This document shows, in pieces, positions 29,638-40,716 of a DNA stretch of 64,000 bases; position 1 is the stretch's first letter; each line of letters begins with the position of its first letter. The stretch comes from Candidatus Saccharimonadota bacterium (lineage in GTDB: Bacteria; Patescibacteriota; Saccharimonadia; Saccharimonadales; Saccharimonadaceae). The stretch is taken from the NCBI GenBank assembly GCA_017512045.1, contig JAFWHE010000012.1:24935-88934 (forward strand), written 5' to 3'. Below the pieces are notes generated by a model. It ran no database searches. It was not told the origin of the DNA and saw nothing but the letters and a program-made list of their open reading frames with translations. A program made the translations under genes and the position numbers.

Positions 29638-30490
29638 TTTAAAAAAAGTTTCTGTTATTTTACCGAATTATAATTATGCGAGATATTTTTGTGAACGGAT
29701 GGATGAGATTTTGCACCAAAGTTATCCGGTGTCAGAAATAATAGTACTAGATGATGCATCAACGGATGATAGCGTAGAAGTTATTAAGCAGAAAATTGTA
29801 GAGATTTGCCAAGAACATCCGGATATAAAAATAAAAACCGAATTCAATAGAAAAAATTCCGGTAATGTGTTTTCTCAATGGCAGAAAGGTGTTAGTCTGG
29901 CTACTGGTGATTACATTTGGATTTGCGAATTGGATGATAGAGCAAAGTCAAATTTTTTGGAAAACATAATGGCTGGGTTTGAGAGCAAGAGAACAATCTT
30001 GTCATATAGCAATTCGAAAATAATAGACGATAATGACAGGATCGCCTTAAAGGATAGCTTGCGTAAAGCAAAGGATGTATTTAGAAAAAAACATAAGTTT
30101 GGGAAATATATTATAAGCGGTATGATAGAACTAAACAAGAATCTAGCGGTTTATAACTCCATCCCGAATGTTTCCGCAGTTGTATTTAGGAAAATATCAG
30201 GAATTGACAATATTCTAGAACAAGCAAAACAGTATAGGCTATGTGGAGATTGGTATTTCTACATTGAGCTAGCAAAGCGCGGTAACATCGCCTATACCAA
30301 TAAAATTTTAAATTATCATCGCATACACAATAATAGTGTGACTAATAGTATTGAATATGATGAACGTTTGAAAGAAATTGTTTCTATTCATAATCATGTT
30401 CAAACAACTACAAAATTAGAAAAGAGCACTGTTGTTCGCATTCGTAAAATGGAGGAACATCTAGCAAAAAACTGGGGAATATCTGAATAG
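29615..30490 (+). CDS. GT2 glycosyltransferase
   Basis: VSVILPNYNY, VLDDASTD, WICELDD, IPNVSAVVFR, GDW. Confidence 0.88.
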   Translation: MTFMEKSSLKKVSVILPNYNYARYFCERMDEILHQSYPVSEIIVLDDASTDDSVEVIKQKIVEICQEHPDIKIKTEFNRKNSGNVFSQWQKGVSLATGDYIWICELDDRAKSNFLENIMAGFESKRTILSYSNSKIIDDNDRIALKDSLRKAKDVFRKKHKFGKYIISGMIELNKNLAVYNSIPNVSAVVFRKISGIDNILEQAKQYRLCGDWYFYIELAKRGNIAYTNKILNYHRIHNNSVTNSIEYDERLKEIVSIHNHVQTTTKLEKSTVVRIRKMEEHLAKNWGISE

Positions 30491-30524
30491 TGTGGTATAA
30501 TTAAGAGATTAAAGTGGAGTAATT

Positions 30525-32081
30525 ATGTCAAAGAAGAAAGTTGTTATTATTGGTGGTGGGCCTGCCGGTTTAACAGCCGGATATGAATTACTAAAACAGA
30601 GTAAACAATACGATGTCACGATTTTAGAGGCCTCTAATGAGATCGGCGGTATTTCACGTACGGTGCGTCACAAGGGTAACCGTATGGATATTGGTGGACA
30701 CCGCTTCTTCTCTAAGGACCAGGATGTATTGGATTTCTGGAGCGAGATTATGCCAACTCAAGGCGCGCCAGCCTATGATGATAAGAAACTCCATCGAGAA
30801 AAACCACTCGTAGAAAATGGCCCAGACCCAGAAAAAGAAGATAAGGTAATGCTAGTTCGTCAGCGTGTTTCCCGTATTTATTATCTGAAAAAATTCTTTG
30901 ATTATCCAATTACAATGAAGCCACAGACCTTCAAGAATATGGGTTTCAAGCGCACAATCGCTAGTGGTTGCAGTTATATGAAAAGTGCTATTGTGAAGAA
31001 GCCAGAGGACTCGCTGGAGAATTTCTATATTAATCGCTTTGGCAAGAAACTATATAGTATGTTCTTTGAGGGCTATACAGAAAAGCTTTGGGGGCGCCAT
31101 CCTAGGGATATTTCCGCAGATTGGGGTGCGCAGCGCGTGAAAGGTCTATCTATTTCTGCCGTCATCAAAGACATGTTTAAGAAAGTTTTTCATATCAAAG
31201 GTGGCAAAGTCGAAACTTCACTAATTGAAGAGTTTATTTACCCGAAGTATGGCCCAGGTCAGCTATGGGAAACGGTTGCTGACAGGATTACGGAAATGGG
31301 TGGTAAAGTACTAAAGAAACACCAAGTAATTTCTGTCACAACTAAGGGTGATAAAGCTACTGGTGTAGTTTGTATGGTTGGTAAAGAGAAGAAGAATATT
31401 AAGGCCGACATCGTAATTTCTTCTATGCCACTGAGGGATTTGACCTTAGCGTTAGATGCAAAAGTTCCAGAAAAAATTGTGGAGATTGCTGACGGTTTGC
31501 CATACCGTGATTTTGTGACGGTAGGTTTGTTAGTAAAGAAACTTAATCTAAAGAATGAGACTGATATTAAGACGCTTGGTAATATCGTGCCAGATTGCTG
31601 GATTTATGTACAGGATACTGATGTGAAATTGGGTCGCATCCAGATATTCAATAACTGGAGTCCATACATGGTAAAAAATCCAGACAAGACTGTCTGGATT
31701 GGTTTGGAATACTTCTGCAATGAGGGCGATGATTTCTGGAAAATGTCCGATAAGAAATGTATTGACTTTGCTGTCGATGAGCTGGTGAAAATGGGAATCA
31801 TCAACAGTAAGAAGCAGGTGCTGGATTCTCACCGTGAAAGAGTGCAGAAGGCTTATCCAGCATACTTTGATACTTATAAAGACATTGATAAACTAATTAA
31901 GTATCTCAATAAATACGACAATCTATATTGCGTAGGACGTAATGGCCAGCACCGCTACAATAATATGGACCACTCTATGGTAACTTCCTTTGAAACAGTA
32001 AAAAATATTTTAGGCGATAAGAAATCTAAGGAAAACATTTGGAATGTCAACACAGAAAAAGAATACCACGAAAAAAAGTAA
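30525..32081 (+). CDS. FAD-dependent oxidoreductase (HemY/UGM-like fold), glycan-locus associated
   Basis: [44 protein letters not shown]. Confidence 0.85.
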   Translation: MSKKKVVIIGGGPAGLTAGYELLKQSKQYDVTILEASNEIGGISRTVRHKGNRMDIGGHRFFSKDQDVLDFWSEIMPTQGAPAYDDKKLHREKPLVENGPDPEKEDKVMLVRQRVSRIYYLKKFFDYPITMKPQTFKNMGFKRTIASGCSYMKSAIVKKPEDSLENFYINRFGKKLYSMFFEGYTEKLWGRHPRDISADWGAQRVKGLSISAVIKDMFKKVFHIKGGKVETSLIEEFIYPKYGPGQLWETVADRITEMGGKVLKKHQVISVTTKGDKATGVVCMVGKEKKNIKADIVISSMPLRDLTLALDAKVPEKIVEIADGLPYRDFVTVGLLVKKLNLKNETDIKTLGNIVPDCWIYVQDTDVKLGRIQIFNNWSPYMVKNPDKTVWIGLEYFCNEGDDFWKMSDKKCIDFAVDELVKMGIINSKKQVLDSHRERVQKAYPAYFDTYKDIDKLIKYLNKYDNLYCVGRNGQHRYNNMDHSMVTSFETVKNILGDKKSKENIWNVNTEKEYHEKK

Positions 32082-33630
32082 AGTTTATCATGCAATAATT
32101 GCTCCCTGGCGGGGAATGAGTAAAAAAGAGCTAATAAGAATAATAAGCTTTTTTCTGGTCTTCTCTACAATTAGTGTGGTATTCGTCGCTAGATCAGGTT
32201 TTCCATCCAAGAAACTAATTGTAGTGAGTTTATTAATTAGTGTGCTGTTAACGGTGATACTAGTTTATGCTCAATTTCGCAAATTGGCTCTGGAAAAAAT
32301 ATTTTTAATTTTAGCTATTCCGTTAGGTATGCTATACTTTTTTCTGATTCCAGTAGGGCGCGTGCCGGATGAAATGAATCATTTTTATAGGGCGTATGAA
32401 ATTAGTAATGGAAATTTTGTTTCTACACATGATGAAGAGCATGGAAGTGGGAACGACTATAGTGTTAAAGTTGGCTCGGTGATCTTTGAGGAAGATAGGT
32501 CATATGATGATGTGGCAAGAGCTTTAGATATAAAAGAAGCTGACACTGATGATGAAAAGTTTGTCACATATCCCAATACTAGTATATATGCCCCTACTTG
32601 TTATTTTCCACAGTCGCTGGGTATGATGATTGGGAATATATTTCATACGCCTATTCTTATGAAGGCATATATCGGACGATTGTTTAATTTTGCCACTTGG
32701 GTAATACTGGTATTTTTCGGGATTAAGAAGAGCCCAATTCTAAAGAAGGTGATGCTTTTTGTGTCATTATTGCCAATAACACTGCAACAGGCAGCATCAT
32801 TATCGCCAGATGCTATTAATTACGGTGTGGCGATATTATTAATAGGCTTAGTCTTATATTACGCCTATTCGTTTAAGGGGAAGATTAGAATTAAGGATTG
32901 GGTTGTTATTTCTGTTTTGTGTGTTGTACTGAGTATGTGTAAATACATTTATGCGCCGATTTGTTTATTATTGTTCTTAATTCCAGTAGAGAAGTTTGGT
33001 GATAAAAAGAAAAAATTAAAGTATATTGGTTTTCTGGCGTTAGGAATTATTGCACTCATTGGTATCTGGTATTTGATAACTAGAAATCTATTCGTTGATA
33101 AGCCGGGAGTTGATGCGGTGGAGCAGATGAAATATATCTTAGCTAATCCATTTCGGATTATTGCCGCAATTATTAATACATTCTTTTCTACTGGTCAGCT
33201 GATAGTTGGGGGATTGTTTGGCGGATATTTGGAATGGTTTACAATACAAGCTCCTTTTCTAACTGTTATTGCGACCATTGTAGTGTTTTGCGTGCTAGTG
33301 TATAATTACAGACGCTCTAGCATACCGGCTAATCTCAAACGACTTTCAGTGTTCATTATTTTATCAATAGTAGGAATATCATTTATTATTGAATACCTAA
33401 AGTGGACACCAGTTGGGCTGGGTTATGTTGATGGCATTCAGGGTAGGTATTATTTGCCAATTCTGTTTATGGTGCCATTTTTGTTTATGATTCCAGACAA
33501 AAAAAGAAAGACATTGGATGTTCTAACAGAAAAAGAGGATAGTAATTCACACATTACATTATACCAGTTTATTCTTGTTGTGAATGTGATTGCTCTACAG
33601 GCCATATTTATTCATCACATCACCTTCTAA
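32044..33630 (+). CDS. DUF2142-like polytopic membrane protein (GT-C-like)
   Basis: [37 protein letters not shown]; many TM helices. Confidence 0.8.
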   Translation: MSTQKKNTTKKSKVYHAIIAPWRGMSKKELIRIISFFLVFSTISVVFVARSGFPSKKLIVVSLLISVLLTVILVYAQFRKLALEKIFLILAIPLGMLYFFLIPVGRVPDEMNHFYRAYEISNGNFVSTHDEEHGSGNDYSVKVGSVIFEEDRSYDDVARALDIKEADTDDEKFVTYPNTSIYAPTCYFPQSLGMMIGNIFHTPILMKAYIGRLFNFATWVILVFFGIKKSPILKKVMLFVSLLPITLQQAASLSPDAINYGVAILLIGLVLYYAYSFKGKIRIKDWVVISVLCVVLSMCKYIYAPICLLLFLIPVEKFGDKKKKLKYIGFLALGIIALIGIWYLITRNLFVDKPGVDAVEQMKYILANPFRIIAAIINTFFSTGQLIVGGLFGGYLEWFTIQAPFLTVIATIVVFCVLVYNYRRSSIPANLKRLSVFIILSIVGISFIIEYLKWTPVGLGYVDGIQGRYYLPILFMVPFLFMIPDKKRKTLDVLTEKEDSNSHITLYQFILVVNVIALQAIFIHHITF

Positions 33631-33688
33631 CCTAGCTTTTTCCCCATAAATATGCTAAAATAATAGGTACATAAACAGGAGTTTTTTA

Positions 33689-34573
33689 ATGAAAGGAATT
33701 ATTTTAGCAGGCGGTTCTGGAACGAGGCTATATCCGCTGACTTTGGCTACTTCCAAGCAGATGCTGCCAGTCTATGATAAGCCAATGATTTATTATCCAC
33801 TTGCTACTCTGATGCTGGCTGGGATTCGTGATATTTTGATTATTTCTACCCCAAATGATTTGCCCAATTTTGAAAGACTCCTTGGTGATGGATCTAAGAT
33901 GGGAATCAAACTTTCCTATAAGGTTCAGCCATCTCCAGATGGTCTAGCGCAGGCATTTACCTTAGGTGAGGAGTTTATCAACGGCGAACCTTGTGCGATG
34001 ATCCTCGGCGATAATATCTTTTATGGGCAAGGTTTCGCCAGCTCTCTTAGGCAGTCTGTAGAGAACGCAGAAAAAGGTCGTGCAACCGTCTTTGGCTACT
34101 ATGTGACAGATCCGGAGAGGTTTGGAGTAGTAGAATTTGATGAAAATTGGCACGCACTGTCAATTGAAGAAAAGCCAGAACATCCGAAGAGTAATTATGC
34201 TGTCACCGGTCTCTATTTCTATCCAGCTGGCGTGTCAGAAAGGGCGAAGACAATCAAACCTTCTGCTCGTGGGGAGCTAGAAATCACTTCGCTTAATGAG
34301 TTATATCTAGACGATGGTAATCTCGATGTCCAGGTTCTCGGTCGTGGTTTTGCTTGGTTAGATACTGGCACGATGGATTCTCTAGCAGATGCATCAGATT
34401 TTGTTCGTGTGATTCAGAAGCGTCAGGGTATAGAGATTTCTGCACCAGAAGAAATTGCTTATAATAACGGCTGGATTACAAAGGAAGAGCTTTTGGATTC
34501 TGCTAATAAATATGGCAAGTCTAGCTATGGTCAGCATCTAAAGAACGTAGTAGAAAGGAGAATCAAAGAATAA
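33689..34573 (+). CDS. rmlA: Glucose-1-phosphate thymidylyltransferase
   Basis: [42 protein letters not shown]. Confidence 0.97.
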   Translation: MKGIILAGGSGTRLYPLTLATSKQMLPVYDKPMIYYPLATLMLAGIRDILIISTPNDLPNFERLLGDGSKMGIKLSYKVQPSPDGLAQAFTLGEEFINGEPCAMILGDNIFYGQGFASSLRQSVENAEKGRATVFGYYVTDPERFGVVEFDENWHALSIEEKPEHPKSNYAVTGLYFYPAGVSERAKTIKPSARGELEITSLNELYLDDGNLDVQVLGRGFAWLDTGTMDSLADASDFVRVIQKRQGIEISAPEEIAYNNGWITKEELLDSANKYGKSSYGQHLKNVVERRIKE

Positions 34574-35138
34574 TGAGCAATTTCACCTTTGAAAAAACGA
34601 AGATAGATGGCGTTTATATTATTACTCCAAAGGTTTTTGGCGATGAGCGCGGATACTTCATGGAAACTTATAGCAAGAAAGATTTTGGCGAAGCAGGGCT
34701 TGATTATGATTTCGTCCAGGACAACCAGTCTAGCTCTAAAAAAGGTGTGTTGCGCGGACTTCATTTCCAAAAAATCCATCCACAGGCAAAGTTAGTACGC
34801 GTGCTAAAGGGTGAAGTATTCGACGTAGCGGTAGATTTGCGCGACGGTAGCCCAACCTATGGCGAATGGGTTGGCGCTCGGCTTTCCGGCGAAAATAAAA
34901 AACAGCTGATGATCCCACGTGGGTTCGCACATGGCTTCTTAGTACTTAGTGATATGGCTGAGTTTGCCTACAAGTGTGAGATTTTTATCATCCAGAGGAA
35001 GAGGGTGGACTGATGTATAATGATGCAGAAATTAGTATTGAATGGCCAGAGATAGATTGTGAATATACACTCAGTGAGAAGGACCAGAAACACCCAACAT
35101 TAAAGGAAGCAAAAATAACATTTAAGGAGGAAAAATAA
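34573..35138 (+). pseudogene. rmlC: dTDP-4-dehydrorhamnose 3,5-epimerase with a 1-nt frameshift near 34978-34986
   Basis: N-part: FGDERGYF, QDNQS, LRGLHFQ, GFAHGF. The C-part DFYHPEEEGGLMYND...IEWP...LSEKD resumes in the -1 frame from 34980 and stops at 35136-35138, overlapping the rmlB ATG (TAATG). Confidence 0.9.
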
Positions 35139-36148
35139 TGGCAAAAAAGACCGTAGTCGTAACTGGTGGTGCTGGATTTATCGGTTCCAACTTTGTTTAT
35201 TACATGTTGAATAAGTATCCAGATTATCGCATTATTTGCGTAGATTGCCTGACTTATGCTGGTGATATTCATACTTTGAACAGAGCCATGGAAAATCCAA
35301 ATTTTCGCTTTGCGAAGATTAATATTTGCGATAAGCCAGCAATCAAGGCATTATTTGAAGAAGAGAAACCAGACATTGTAGTAAACTTTGCAGCAGAAAG
35401 CCATGTAGACCGCTCCATCACTGGGCCAGAAATCTTTGTAGAGACCAATGTGCGTGGCACACAAGTATTAATGGAAGTTTGTCGTGAGCTAAATATCCCA
35501 CGCTATCACCAGGTTTCCACGGATGAAGTCTATGGAGATTTGCCACTAGATCGTCCAGATTTGTTCTTTACAGAAAAAACTCCGCTTCACGCCAGTAGTC
35601 CGTATAGCGCATCAAAGGCTGGTGCAGATATGCTAGTGATGGCATATTGCAGAACATTTAACTTCCCAGCTACGATTTCTCGTTGCTCTAATAATTATGG
35701 ACCATATCATTTTCCAGAAAAGTTAATTCCATTAATGATTATCAATGCTTTGCACGATAAGAAATTACCAGTCTATGGTGATGGCAAGAATGTGCGTGAC
35801 TGGCTCTATGTAGAAGACCATTGTCGTGCGATTGATCTTATCATCCATAATGGTAAAATTGGACAAGTGTATAATGTTGGTGGTCATAACGAAATGGCGA
35901 ATATCGACATTGTAAAACTGATTTGCAAGGAACTGAATAAGCCAGAAGATTTGATTGAGTTTGTAGAGGACCGCAAAGGTCATGATCGTCGTTATGCAAT
36001 AGACCCAACATTTATCCATGAAGAACTTGGCTGGTTGCCAGAAACTAAGTTCGAGGATGGTATCAAGAAAACCATCAAGTGGTACGTAGACAATGAAGCC
36101 TGGTGGCAGGATATTCTATCTGGCAATTACCAAAAAGAGGAGGCATAA
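35138..36148 (+). CDS. rmlB: dTDP-glucose 4,6-dehydratase
   Basis: TGGAGFIGSNF, FAAESHVDRS, STDEVYG, PYSASK, RDWLYVEDH. Confidence 0.97.
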   Translation: MAKKTVVVTGGAGFIGSNFVYYMLNKYPDYRIICVDCLTYAGDIHTLNRAMENPNFRFAKINICDKPAIKALFEEEKPDIVVNFAAESHVDRSITGPEIFVETNVRGTQVLMEVCRELNIPRYHQVSTDEVYGDLPLDRPDLFFTEKTPLHASSPYSASKAGADMLVMAYCRTFNFPATISRCSNNYGPYHFPEKLIPLMIINALHDKKLPVYGDGKNVRDWLYVEDHCRAIDLIIHNGKIGQVYNVGGHNEMANIDIVKLICKELNKPEDLIEFVEDRKGHDRRYAIDPTFIHEELGWLPETKFEDGIKKTIKWYVDNEAWWQDILSGNYQKEEA

Positions 36149-37044
36149 TGAAAGTTTTAGTGACAGGAACTTCTGGCCAACTTGGTCATGACGTAATGTT
36201 AGAGCTGAAGAAGCGCGGATATGATGGGCTAGGTGCAGATCGCTCTGGTAGTGATAAAACAGAGTATGAGACTACGGTTATGGATATCACTGATGCAGAA
36301 GCAGTGAACAGAGTAATGGAAGAATATCATCCAGATGCAGTCGTACATTGCGCCGCTTGGACTAATGTGGACGGTGCGGAAGACCCAGAAAATCTAGCAG
36401 CTGTACGCAAAGTTAATGTGGATGGCACTGCTAATATTGCAAAAGCTTGCAAGAAAATTGGCGCAAAGATGGTCTATGTTTCCACGGACTATGTATTTAA
36501 TGGCCAGGGAACAGAACCATGGAAACCAGATGATAAAAATTATGCTCCGCTCAATGTTTATGGTCAGAGTAAGCTAGATGGGGAAAAGGCGGTCACGGAA
36601 AATACTGATAATTATTTTATTGTCCGTATTGCTTGGGTATTTGGCAAGAATGGCAAGAACTTCGTCAAGACGATGCTGAGAGTTGGTAACGAGCATGAGG
36701 AAGTGCGTGTAGTTGACGACCAAATTGGTACACCTACATATACGCCGGATTTGGCAAGATTATTGGTGGATATGATAGAGACTGATAAATATGGCTTTTA
36801 TCATGCAACTAATGAGGGTGGATTTATCAGCTGGGCAGATTTCACAAAAGAAATTTTCAAGCAAGCTGGTATTAAGTCTAAGGTTACCCCTGTTACGACA
36901 GCGGAATATGGAGTATCTGTTGCGGCACGCCCATTTAATTCACGCCTAGACAAGTCTAAGCTGAAGGAAAATGGCTTTACACCTCTACCGACCTGGCAAG
37001 ATGCGCTCAGCCGTTACCTAAAAGAATTAGAAAACGCAGAATAA
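36148..37044 (+). CDS. rmlD: dTDP-4-dehydrorhamnose reductase
   Basis: GTSGQLG, HCAAWT, STDYVF, YGQSK, DQIGTPT; start at ATG 36148 (TAATG coupling). Confidence 0.95.
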   Translation: MKVLVTGTSGQLGHDVMLELKKRGYDGLGADRSGSDKTEYETTVMDITDAEAVNRVMEEYHPDAVVHCAAWTNVDGAEDPENLAAVRKVNVDGTANIAKACKKIGAKMVYVSTDYVFNGQGTEPWKPDDKNYAPLNVYGQSKLDGEKAVTENTDNYFIVRIAWVFGKNGKNFVKTMLRVGNEHEEVRVVDDQIGTPTYTPDLARLLVDMIETDKYGFYHATNEGGFISWADFTKEIFKQAGIKSKVTPVTTAEYGVSVAARPFNSRLDKSKLKENGFTPLPTWQDALSRYLKELENAE

Positions 37045-37051
37045 TAAAGAA

Positions 37052-38065
37052 ATGGAAAACACAGAAACAGGAGAAAACATTGAGGAAAAAGGTGGGAATG
37101 GTCCACGTGTTTCTGTTTTGATGTTCGTCCAGAAGACAGAAAACTTGTCAGATTGTCTGAAGAGTTTGCGCAATCAAATCCTAGATGATATGGAGGTTTT
37201 TTGTATCGTCAATGAGGCTGATGAAGTGTCATTGAACATGATAAGAGATTACTCTAAGAATGATGCCAGAATGAAGTTAGTCAGGTGTAAGGCTAATAAT
37301 TACGGCAAGGTTCTGAATCAAGGAATAAAATTTGCTAAGGGTGAATATATTGGGTTTATTGATTCTAATAATTTTATAGACCCAGAAATGTATATAGAAT
37401 TGTTTGCTCTTGCTAAAAAGCATAATGCGGATGTCGTGCGGAGTAATTACTACGACTTTAAGGATGGGCAAAATATTCCGCATGAGACTATTCTGGCAGA
37501 GGAAACGGGATACGTAATTAATCCGATAGAAGATACTAGGATTTTTTATGAGCCACCGATTGTTGGATCTGGGCTGTATAGGAAAGATTTTTTGATAGAG
37601 CAGAAGATTGACTTTTTAGAGACAGATGATGAGCCATCTTGTAGTGATGTAAGTTTTAATTTTAAGACATTGGCGACAGAGGGAAAGGTGGTGCTCACAG
37701 ACAAGCCATATTTACATTGTAGAATTGAAACTAATGATGTGCCGAAAAATATTTTTGCTATTAATGACGAATACGCAGAGATAGAGAGCTTCCTAAAAAA
37801 GAGAAACACTTGGAAAACTTATTGTTATATATTCCAAGCAGTAAAATTTGCCAGCTATCATTGGAACATGCTGAGGTTGCCGAAGAAGCAGGTAGAAAAG
37901 TTTTTACTGAGAATGAGAGCAGAGTTTCATGATGCTGAAGTACAAAAAACACTGGATAAAAGATATTTTCCTAAGAATCATTGGAAAGCGCTAAAAGCGA
38001 TTCTAAAATATCCACCGCAAGTGTTCTTGACGGTTTTCAAATCATATTCTCGTAAGAAAAAGTAA
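37052..38065 (+). CDS. GT2-family protein with degenerate nucleotide-sugar motifs
   Basis: GT2 layout, but NDGSTD appears as NEADE and DSDD as DSNN. Confidence 0.75.
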   Translation: MENTETGENIEEKGGNGPRVSVLMFVQKTENLSDCLKSLRNQILDDMEVFCIVNEADEVSLNMIRDYSKNDARMKLVRCKANNYGKVLNQGIKFAKGEYIGFIDSNNFIDPEMYIELFALAKKHNADVVRSNYYDFKDGQNIPHETILAEETGYVINPIEDTRIFYEPPIVGSGLYRKDFLIEQKIDFLETDDEPSCSDVSFNFKTLATEGKVVLTDKPYLHCRIETNDVPKNIFAINDEYAEIESFLKKRNTWKTYCYIFQAVKFASYHWNMLRLPKKQVEKFLLRMRAEFHDAEVQKTLDKRYFPKNHWKALKAILKYPPQVFLTVFKSYSRKKK

Positions 38066-38067
38066 AT

Positions 38068-38862
38068 CTAACTCCAAAGCTTCATGTAAGCTTCTGTGAC
38101 TTTCTCTGGTTTGCCTTCGCAAGCAATTTTACCATTTTCTATCAGTATTGCACGGTCACAGAAGCGAGAAACATTTCCCATGTCATGAGTTACCAGGATG
38201 ACGGTTTGATTACCATGTAAGCTCTTAAAGTAATTATTGCATTTCTCTTGGAAAGCAGCATCGCCAACTGCTAGCACCTCATCCAGAATCAGGATGTCGC
38301 CCTTGGCACGAATGGCGATGGAAAATGCTAGGCGGACTTGCATACCGGAGGAATAATTTTTTAACTTCTGATCCATGAATTGTTCTAACTCGGCGAATTT
38401 CACGATTTCCTCATACATATCATCCATTTCGGCATTAGAAAAGCCAAGCAAAGCACCGTTGAGATATACGTTCTCACGTCCAGTTAATTCTGGATTGAAT
38501 CCTACACCCAGCTCAATGAATGGCACCAGGGAACCGTTGACGATAACGCTGCCACTATCTGGGGTGTAAATTTGAGAGAGAGTTTTTAGCAAAGTAGATT
38601 TTCCACTACCATTTCTACCTACAATACCCAAGAATTCACCTTTTTTGACCTCGAAGGAAATACCACGCAGGACCTCTTGTTTTTTATAGCCTTTTACACC
38701 CTTGATACGGTTGAATATGGCTTGTTTCAACCCCCAAGCTCGTTCTGTAGGGAGCTTGAAGCTCTTGTGCAGATTCGTGACTTTGATCGCGATGCTCTCT
38801 GCAATAGCCTCCTTGGCGGCTTCTGTTTCCATTTTTTTGAGATATTTATCACTCCACTTCAT
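38068..38862 (-). CDS. wzt: Polysaccharide ABC exporter ATPase (no C-terminal binding domain)
   Basis: GRNGSGKST, ELGVGFNPELTGRENV, YSSGM, LDEVLAVGD. Confidence 0.93.
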   Translation of the reverse strand: MKWSDKYLKKMETEAAKEAIAESIAIKVTNLHKSFKLPTERAWGLKQAIFNRIKGVKGYKKQEVLRGISFEVKKGEFLGIVGRNGSGKSTLLKTLSQIYTPDSGSVIVNGSLVPFIELGVGFNPELTGRENVYLNGALLGFSNAEMDDMYEEIVKFAELEQFMDQKLKNYSSGMQVRLAFSIAIRAKGDILILDEVLAVGDAAFQEKCNNYFKSLHGNQTVILVTHDMGNVSRFCDRAILIENGKIACEGKPEKVTEAYMKLWS

Positions 38863-39674
38863 TAGACCTCCTCCGCAAAGTGTTTAGATTTTTTGCGGAA
38901 ATATAGGATAGAAATAACTAGAATTGCGATTACTATTGCGACCGATAACAATCCCCATTGCACACCGACGAATCCCCAAGTAGTCTCTGTGGTGGTTGTA
39001 ATCATATTATATCTAATATCTTGGATAGCTTGAGCGATAGGATTCATCAAGATGATTTTTGCGGTGAAGGTGGAGGTCTGTGAAACCATAGAGATTGGAT
39101 AAATAATTGGCACTGCATAGAATAATGCCTGCGTGATAACATCCCAGATATTGCCGATATCGCGGAACTTTACATTAATCGCTCCGAGTAGTAGTGAAAT
39201 ACCTAGCGCTAACGCGTATAGCTCCGCCAGAGATAATGGAACCAGCAGCCAAGACAAGCTAGGTGTGACACCATTAATGAGTGCGAAGACGATTACTACG
39301 CAAAGGTTGATTAGAACGTTGATTACAGCCGTGCTGGTAGCACTGACGACAACGATGTATTTCGGAAAATTAATCTTGCGAAGTAAATCGCCACGTTGCT
39401 CAATTGCGTGAATACCTTGCTGTGCACATTCAGTGAAGAAATTCCAGATAACAGTCCCAACCAGGAGATAAACTGGATAATGCGGAATATCACCGCCAAA
39501 GCGTAAGACTTTGGCAAAAACAACGTAAAGAATAGCGAACATCAAGAGTGGCTTAATTAGAGCCCATAGATATCCCAAGACGGAGCCTTGATAACGTAGC
39601 TTGAAATCAGTCTTTACTAGTTCACTCAAGAGAACGCGGTTCTTTTTGCTGAACATATTAGAGTTGATACTCAT
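38862..39674 (-). CDS. wzm: Polysaccharide ABC exporter permease
   Basis: DFKLRYQGSVLGYLW, KINFP, FRDIGNIW, FYAVPIIYP, NPI; start moved to ATG 39674. Confidence 0.92.
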   Translation of the reverse strand: MSINSNMFSKKNRVLLSELVKTDFKLRYQGSVLGYLWALIKPLLMFAILYVVFAKVLRFGGDIPHYPVYLLVGTVIWNFFTECAQQGIHAIEQRGDLLRKINFPKYIVVVSATSTAVINVLINLCVVIVFALINGVTPSLSWLLVPLSLAELYALALGISLLLGAINVKFRDIGNIWDVITQALFYAVPIIYPISMVSQTSTFTAKIILMNPIAQAIQDIRYNMITTTTETTWGFVGVQWGLLSVAIVIAILVISILYFRKKSKHFAEEV

Positions 39675-39735
39675 ATCTTTTAATTTTATCATATTTATGG
39701 CTAGAATCATAGTAAAACGTTGTATAATTAGACAT

Positions 39736-40716
39736 ATGGAAACGCCACTTATTTCTGTGATAGTACCAGTTTATAATGTGCTACCATATCTGGAAGATTG
39801 CTTAGATTCCTTATTGCGTCAAAATTATCCCAAGCTAGAGTTCATCATTGTAGATGATGGCGCAACGGATGGGAGTGGAGTGTTCTGTGATGATTTTGCA
39901 AAAAAAGACCCACGGATGAAGGTGATACACCAAGAGAATGGTGGCTTGTCTGCAGCAAGAAACCGTGGTGTTGCAGAGGCGACAGGAAATTACATCACTT
40001 TCTTGGATGCAGATGATCAGCTAACACCAGACTGTGTGAAGTACTTACATTCTCTTATTGTGAAATATAAATCAAAAATGTCAATCTGTGCTATTAGGGA
40101 GCAAACAGAAAAAGGAAAAGAAATTGACTATGGCAGGGATTATTCCGAGTGTAATATGAGCACGGAAGAAGCGCTCGGCAGGATGCTGAGAGAAGAAGGC
40201 TTTAATGTCTCTGCATATGCAAAGTTGTATCGGCGTGACCTCTGGGATGATGTGAGATTTCCAGACGGAGCCATACACGAAGATCTTGCTACTACGTATA
40301 AACTGCTCAGTAAATGCCCAAATGTTCCGTATGGTAATGAGGCGAAGTATATTTATAAGAAGCGTTCTGATTCTATCTCGTCGGCAGAATTTTCTACTGA
40401 CAAGTTGAGTATTATCACGTTTACTGATGAGATGTGTGATGATTTGGAAAAGAATTTCCCATATCTAGCTACTACACTTGATCTACGTAGAATGCACGCG
40501 CGATTTTCTGTGCTCTGGATGATGCTATCAGCCAAAAATCTCACCCCAGAAGAAGAAAAAGTAGAGCAGGAGATTATTAAGAGTCTAAAAGAAAATAAGA
40601 AATCTATCACAAAGAATCACCATGCAACTTTGCGTGACAAAATTGCGATCTGGACACTCTTGATACACAAAAATTGCTTTAAATTAGCTTGGAAAATTTA
40701 TAAACTATTCAAATAA
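39736..40716 (+). CDS. GT2 glycosyltransferase
   Basis: ISVIVPVYNV, VDDGATD, NGGLSAARN, FLDADD; start at ATG 39736. Confidence 0.9.
   Translation: METPLISVIVPVYNVLPYLEDCLDSLLRQNYPKLEFIIVDDGATDGSGVFCDDFAKKDPRMKVIHQENGGLSAARNRGVAEATGNYITFLDADDQLTPDCVKYLHSLIVKYKSKMSICAIREQTEKGKEIDYGRDYSECNMSTEEALGRMLREEGFNVSAYAKLYRRDLWDDVRFPDGAIHEDLATTYKLLSKCPNVPYGNEAKYIYKKRSDSISSAEFSTDKLSIITFTDEMCDDLEKNFPYLATTLDLRRMHARFSVLWMMLSAKNLTPEEEKVEQEIIKSLKENKKSITKNHHATLRDKIAIWTLLIHKNCFKLAWKIYKLFK

Noticed and set aside
34975-34990. Programmed -1 ribosomal frameshift or transcriptional slippage in rmlC
   Set aside because: No in-frame X-XXY-YYZ heptamer, no obvious stimulatory hairpin, and the T run is only 5 nt; an indel is more parsimonious.
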